Shown: piece by piece, positions 7,101 through 10,622 of the stretch
Layout of the letters: the number at the start of each line of letters is the position of its first letter
Numbering within the stretch: the first letter of the stretch is position 1
Assembly: GCA_964647565.1 (NCBI GenBank)
Contig: CAZYIM010000057.1
Coordinates: forward strand, 1-10,622
Source: an uncultured Methanosarcinales archaeon
Lineage (GTDB): Archaea > Nanobdellota > Nanobdellia > Woesearchaeales > CAZYIM01
DNA: 10,622 nucleotides
Reading direction: 5' to 3'
Position numbers and translations under genes: made by a program
The notes under the pieces: generated by a model
What the model was told of the DNA's origin: nothing
The model's database searches: none
What the model saw: only the letters and a program-made list of their open reading frames with translations

Positions 7101-7973
7101 GGCATATGCTATGTTCTTTTCACTGCAGAGGATAATGATACCCTAAGTAAGACATCTAATATGGTAAAGATCAATATTTCCTATGTAACCAACAAGACAG
7201 AACAGCAAACCCAGATCTCTGGAGGAGGAGGAACATCTCGAACCATAACTGTACCCATACCTGAAGAGGTTGTTGTACCAGTACCTCTACAGATCATAAC
7301 ACCCAGCCTGATCTCCATATATAGGAACAGGACTATCAGGGTTCCAATCACAATTAAGAACAACTGGAACGATTCATTATTTGATGTCTCTTTGAACGTG
7401 TTATTAAATGCAACACACCCAGATATAAAATACAGTCTTACAAAAGACTATTTCCCTGACATTCCAAGTAATGCATCTGAAGAGATCTTCCTGACCATAT
7501 CCAACTACAGGCTTGGTGAGAATTTCGAGATTATACTTGGTGCCAATGTCAGCACACCTAATTATTATGACAAGGTAAAGATTGCTATCAACTCGATGGA
7601 AGGCAGCATGGGTGAGGCTGCTGAACAAAAAGTGACCTTTGCAAGGGATCTGTTAAGCCAGAATCCCGAATGTATGGAATTACAGGAAATACTGCTTAAA
7701 GCTGAAGACCTGATCAGAGCAGAGAAATTCAGGGAAGCAACTGATCATTTAGAGGGTGTCATTAATGGTTGTAAATACCTGATGAGTGCTCGTGAAAGCT
7801 TCGAAGAGCAGCCAACTCTGATCAGTGAAGTTAGGTCTACCCTAAAAATATATCAGAGTCAGTTATTATTTGCAGGTATTGGCTTGTTCGTGATTATTTC
7901 TGCAATCGTGACCATCAACAGCATAAGAAAACCAAAAAAACCAAAAGAAGAAGAACAAGCAAACGTCATCTAA
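4119..7973 (+). CDS. large (1284 aa) type I membrane surface glycoprotein/adhesin with tandem cadherin-like/putative Ig domains
   Basis: Signal peptide MKKQTKYALLTISILVLLSLLVSA. Repeated cadherin-type linkers (PVNDTP, PVNTPP, NVNDPP, PNEIP, NRNDAP, NVDRAP) are paired with DxDxD-like motifs (DIDND, EDEEND, TDPD, TDADAD, TDKD, DPDDD). Also a PKD-like segment (YTWYLNG...GTYNITL), a Gly linker, a CARDB-like domain, a helical stalk, a C-terminal TM (LLFAGIGLFVIISAIVTI) and a short Lys-rich tail. Confidence 0.9.
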   Translation: MKKQTKYALLTISILVLLSLLVSAITFDSDPTINNLPPITGGNLSEVMSRTNLNCSWNATDSIQTNVSWYRNGVSILNKTVLSSYDIIENSQTSKGDTWNCSITITDGIPPSLTSWYAVVISNSPPEPPHVRDWNSDVVINWTHVYEDQNFLYQINSSDIDNDPLVFSVLSLESARSDLCAVLTPDNNPASIRCSPIAMDLDSIHVPTTRKVNFKVDENIEGIAYGISKTIYLNITPVNDTPIFMAGFPDDILTYQGNRTNFDYYDSGTGRYGHLIWAEDEENDTIGFSLGLPPALTGRLEIVSVTENAQHDYRAVMSWNTATTYPEFRDRGNYSINVTIFHTGNTSNNRTSPFLLEVIPVNTPPNITGIGFTPTAQNQNFTLIVNVSDVNNDTFIFNMVGIACPLSNPWSLTIVNNGTWNNTRNLSLGQAIFNNTLTNTHVACDHVNVSVTDINTLGETQETVWTNVTLNLINVNDPPVLNQLSGYPGNTGGDDMSNLLAYAHGSFYYKLNATDPDLYVGGEVLSYSHNSTAAFFDINNNGEILFTPNSSDVNNYSINITVIDINFSNSSRVMTLRVLPNEIPYFIPSLQNQTNISEGLNFTYQVNATDADADNITYSARFVNGSISGFTINTTTGLIWALPQQAEIGNHTVNISVIDEHGAINWSVIIFEIVNRNDAPLLTNYDFSTLTIVETHEATYYIAATDKDLVLPSTYDSLTFNVSLTWPINYSLNYSLGSQITGNSTSTIKFVLRPVDGDAGNYSMNITVYDSLGEVDVRRVTFNIINRSAPPNIANVTPFGMPKNNNYSNAWTVNDFLNSITYLHITENLQDDVTRNWLLFNHTTTDENLTGMTYTWYLNGTEITGSELMERTHTYNRTFDYFSAGTYNITLLAEDATLESDRFSWIVNVTNVDRAPDLETPLVNITITGYVNSFYNYFLYWGGSAKFVDPDDDLNNNEIIDGNESSGLTYNATTCNKANLQIINHTLFVDSTELGICYVLFTAEDNDTLSKTSNMVKINISYVTNKTEQQTQISGGGGTSRTITVPIPEEVVVPVPLQIITPSLISIYRNRTIRVPITIKNNWNDSLFDVSLNVLLNATHPDIKYSLTKDYFPDIPSNASEEIFLTISNYRLGENFEIILGANVSTPNYYDKVKIAINSMEGSMGEAAEQKVTFARDLLSQNPECMELQEILLKAEDLIRAEKFREATDHLEGVINGCKYLMSARESFEEQPTLISEVRSTLKIYQSQLLFAGIGLFVIISAIVTINSIRKPKKPKEEEQANVI

Positions 7974-9055
7974 GAGCTTAAAGCAGAATAAAATTTATTG
8001 ATTTCTTCAAAATATTGCTGTTTTTCCTTCTCATCCAGCTCTTCATATTCTCTTTGTAGATCCTTGTAAACTGATTTTGCAGTTGCAACATCATTTTTTG
8101 CCAGACTCATCTCAATAACCTCAATCAGTTTTGGAATGTCAACTTCAGGTTCATCCTGGCTGTATTCAGGATCAGATTTCGGGGTCTCTAAGGCCCAATC
8201 AGAAGGCTTATCAGCACCGATCTCGTCAGGGATGGCATCAGGCTCCTCAACATCTCTTTGTGGTTCGGGTTGGGCTGTTGATTCTGAGACAGTCTCAATC
8301 TGAGAGATTGAAGCATATATTTTGTTTATATCCTCAAAATACTCAGCTTTTTTCGCTTCATCAAGAGCCTCATATTTAGCCAGTATTGATTTGTATAAGT
8401 TCTGAGCAGCATCTATATCATTCTTATTTAGATTCATGTATAGCAATTCAATCTTACTTTTCAGCTCATCTGGAGATGATTCTGGATCTGCTTCTTTCGA
8501 ACCTACTTGTGCCCCTTCAGGAACTTCAAAAGAGGGTCTACTAGCTAAAGACTCTTCGCTCATCTCTGAAAATGCCTTAGAAGATCCGTCTTCAACTGCG
8601 GCTTTGGCTATAGCAGTAGAACTGTCTTTAGCAGTTGAACTAGAAGAAACATGGAATATTTTTGCCAATAACCGGGTTTCAGACCTGGATTTCTGCTTTA
8701 ATATGTTACCTATAATTAATGAGTCAACGATTTTAACAAATGATTCTAATAGTTCCTTGAGTTCTTTTTGGTTAAACTTGTAGTCAGTATATTCGATGTA
8801 TCCAATGCTATTTAGAAACGTAAACAATTCAGATCTTATATCATAATTCAGGTAGACGTTTTTCAGCTCAGACTCTAATTCTGCAAAGGTGAATTCATAA
8901 TTAAGATTGAGATATAGTCTAAAAAAATCTTTAACAAGAGAATAAACCTCAAAATCATCAATCAAGTCCTTGCTCATAAGGTACGTAATTTTCCTAGAAG
9001 TGACTTCTTTTAACTCTTTTTTATTTAGTTCGAACTCCCCCCTCTTTGATTCCAT
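7970..9055 (-). CDS. soluble acidic protein: N-terminal DUF4129/BatD-C-like helical domain plus two three-helix repeats joined by disordered linkers
   Basis: 361-aa ORF with no signal peptide or TM. Helical domain aa ~37-110 (SLVKDFF...EFTFAEL...LFTFLNSIGYIEY); Ser/Glu/Pro-rich linkers; two 56-aa repeats; TATA box 24 nt upstream. The family name is a motif-level guess. Confidence 0.85.
   Translation of the reverse strand: MESKRGEFELNKKELKEVTSRKITYLMSKDLIDDFEVYSLVKDFFRLYLNLNYEFTFAELESELKNVYLNYDIRSELFTFLNSIGYIEYTDYKFNQKELKELLESFVKIVDSLIIGNILKQKSRSETRLLAKIFHVSSSSTAKDSSTAIAKAAVEDGSSKAFSEMSEESLASRPSFEVPEGAQVGSKEADPESSPDELKSKIELLYMNLNKNDIDAAQNLYKSILAKYEALDEAKKAEYFEDINKIYASISQIETVSESTAQPEPQRDVEEPDAIPDEIGADKPSDWALETPKSDPEYSQDEPEVDIPKLIEVIEMSLAKNDVATAKSVYKDLQREYEELDEKEKQQYFEEINKFYSALSS
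7979..8473 (-). repeat. two intragenic 56-codon helical repeats (8306-8473, 7979-8146)
   Basis: PDELKSKIELLYMNLNKNDIDAAQNLYKSILAKYEALDEAKKAEYFEDINKIYASI vs EVDIPKLIEVIEMSLAKNDVATAKSVYKDLQREYEELDEKEKQQYFEEINKFYSAL: ungapped, 23/56 identical by hand. Confidence 0.9.
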
Positions 9056-9079
9056 ATAGCCAATATAGAATAGAACTCG

Positions 9080-9087
9080 TTTATAAA
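9080..9087 (-). promoter_or_regulatory. putative TATA box of the reverse-strand gene
   Basis: TTTATAAA at 9080-9087, 24 nt upstream of the minus-strand ATG at 9055. Confidence 0.6.
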
Positions 9088-9150
9088 TATTATGTTTTTA
9101 TCTATTTACTTATGTCTTATAGTGTAAAGTTACTCTTCTAAAGTAGGACA

Positions 9151-9166
9151 GTAAAATATTTATATC
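9151..9166 (+). promoter_or_regulatory. putative BRE/TATA promoter of moxR-DUF58
   Basis: GTAAAATA followed by TTTATATC (9159-9166), 23 nt before ATG 9190; divergent from the 9080-9087 box. Confidence 0.55.
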
Positions 9167-9189
9167 AATATCAATATAAGAAAGATAAA

Positions 9190-10200
9190 ATGAAAAACAT
9201 AGCTTATGAAATTCCTGAAACAAAAGAATTAGATGAAAAAATCAAATATTATGGGGTTAAAATTCAACAAATAAGAGATGAGTTAGGTAAGATTGTGGTT
9301 GGTCAAAAGGAAATCGTCGATGGACTAATAGAATCACTCCTATGTGACGGCCTTGCCTTAGTTGAAGGTGTGCCCGGAACAGGTAAAACTCTGATCATAA
9401 AATCACTTTCAAAGATCACGGGCTGTATGTTCTCAAGAATCCAGTTCACTCCAGACTTACTACCGACAGACATCATAGGTCTTACCACCTATGAAGAGGG
9501 TAAGGGATTTTATACTGTAAAAGGCCCTATCTTTGCAAATTTTGTGATTGCAGACGAAATCAACAGGTCACCGCCTAAAGTACAGTCTGCATTGCTGGAA
9601 GGTATGCAGGAAAGACAGGTGACAATTGGAAAGGAGACTTTCAAACTGCCACATCCTTTCTTTGTAATGGCCACACAAAATCCTCTTGAACAACTAGGAA
9701 CCTATAAGCTTCCAGAAGCACAGGTAGATAGATTCCTTTACAAGCTCTCTATAAGCTATCCATCAACAGAAGAAGAGATCCTTATTCTCAAGCAGAACAT
9801 GACCCTGACAGACTTCGGCGAGTATAATCTGGAACCTATCCTCAATCCAGAGGAAATCAATGAGGCTCAGGAGTTTGTAAAAAAAATCTATCTAGACAAA
9901 AAGATAGAAAGATATATTGTAAAGATTGTAGAAGCTACCAGGAATCCAAAAAAATACAACATAGATTTGGGTAAATATATCCTATATGGCGCATCACCCA
10001 GGTCTAGTATAAGCCTCTTTATATCCTCAAAAGCTCATGCCATTATAATGGGCAGGGCATATGTAACTCAAAAGGATGTTAAAGAGATTGCTTTCAATGT
10101 TCTGCGTCACAGGATACTCTTGAATTTCGAAGGAGAAGCTGAAGAGATCAAAACAGAGCAGATAGTTCAAGAGATCCTAGACAAGGTACCTATACTTTAA
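9190..10200 (+). CDS. moxR: MoxR-family AAA+ ATPase (MoxR proper type)
   Basis: Walker A GVPGTGKT; RIQFTPDLLPTD; Walker B VIADEINR; QSALLEGMQE; sensor I ATQNP; YKLPEAQVDRF (Arg finger region); GASPR; LRHRI. Confidence 0.97.
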   Translation: MKNIAYEIPETKELDEKIKYYGVKIQQIRDELGKIVVGQKEIVDGLIESLLCDGLALVEGVPGTGKTLIIKSLSKITGCMFSRIQFTPDLLPTDIIGLTTYEEGKGFYTVKGPIFANFVIADEINRSPPKVQSALLEGMQERQVTIGKETFKLPHPFFVMATQNPLEQLGTYKLPEAQVDRFLYKLSISYPSTEEEILILKQNMTLTDFGEYNLEPILNPEEINEAQEFVKKIYLDKKIERYIVKIVEATRNPKKYNIDLGKYILYGASPRSSISLFISSKAHAIIMGRAYVTQKDVKEIAFNVLRHRILLNFEGEAEEIKTEQIVQEILDKVPIL

Positions 10201-10205
10201 CTAAA

Positions 10206-10622
10206 ATGGCTGTCCAAGAGTTAAGATTAGATCTTCTGCCAAGGTTCAAACAAGCTGAACTTAAGGTAAGGCAAGCTATCTTAAGCAAGATGCTTCAAGG
10301 AGAATGGACTACCATGTTCAAGGGAAGGAGTATGGAGTTCACAGGTTTTAGAAAGTATGAATATGGCGATGATGCTAGTCTGATAGATTGGGGCGCATCC
10401 CTGCGTGCCAAAGATATCCTAGTAAGAGAGTTCGAAGAATACAGGAATTTCGAGATATTCTTTATGTTAGATGTAAGCGACAGCATGCTGTTTTCCTCAA
10501 CAGGCAGATTGAAATGTGAGTATGCTGCTGAAGTACTCTATGCCATCATGTATGGCGCAATCAACAGCGACAATGCAAACGGCATGCGTATGATTAAAGA
10601 CGGGTTGAATAAAAGAAATGAA
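10206..10622 (+). CDS. 3'-partial DUF58 family (vWA-like) protein
   Basis: Not in the ORF track. Open to the window end: MAVQELRLDLLPRFKQAELKVRQAILSKMLQGEWTTMFKGRSMEFTGFRKYEYGDDASLIDWGASLRAKDILVREFEEYRNFEIFFMLDVSDSMLF... It carries the DUF58 signature (G..EF...R.Y..GDD...IDW.AS.R...VREFEE) and a MIDAS-like DVSDS, and starts 5 nt after the moxR stop. Confidence 0.95.
   Translation, partial: MAVQELRLDLLPRFKQAELKVRQAILSKMLQGEWTTMFKGRSMEFTGFRKYEYGDDASLIDWGASLRAKDILVREFEEYRNFEIFFMLDVSDSMLFSSTGRLKCEYAAEVLYAIMYGAINSDNANGMRMIKDGLNKRNE

Noticed and set aside
4112..7628. Minus-strand ORFs inside the adhesin (4112-4354, 4689-4940, 5252-5563, 7181-7363, 7404-7628)
   Set aside because: Short antisense frames of a long, motif-rich gene.
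8131..8783. Plus-strand ORFs 8131-8379 and 8436-8783
   Set aside because: Antisense to the 361-aa gene, whose internal repeats and paralogy support the minus strand.
9303..10486. Minus-strand ORFs 9303-9488 and 10295-10486
   Set aside because: Antisense to moxR and the DUF58 gene.
10570..10622. Atypically polar end of the DUF58 fragment (NANGMRMIKDGLNKRNE) as a biological variant
   Set aside because: A hydrophobic strand is expected here, but this is the edge of the sequence and could be low-quality bases; it cannot be judged without reads.

Overview
AT-rich, gene-dense archaeal-type window. TATA-like boxes about 24 nt before start codons, near absence of Shine-Dalgarno motifs and heavily N-x-S/T-laden surface proteins suggest a DPANN/Woesearchaeota-like genome; this assignment is inference. 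It holds four secreted or membrane-anchored Ig-/cadherin-like surface proteins (5'-partial 1-1194, 1196-1639, 1684-3684, 4119-7973), a reverse-strand soluble protein (7970-9055), a MoxR AAA+ ATPase (9190-10200) and a 3'-partial DUF58 gene (10206-end). The ORF track missed two tandem paralogous ~40-aa ribbon-helix-helix genes (3879-4007, 4000-4122). They overlap each other and the 1284-aa adhesin gene, and are preceded by a 9/18-bp periodic, partly palindromic operator-like array (3793-3873). The soluble protein beside moxR is built from the same two modules as the cytoplasmic tail of the 666-aa surface protein. This suggests one MoxR/DUF58-coupled adhesin system with its own micro-regulators. 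No RNA genes, CRISPR arrays or mobile elements were seen.
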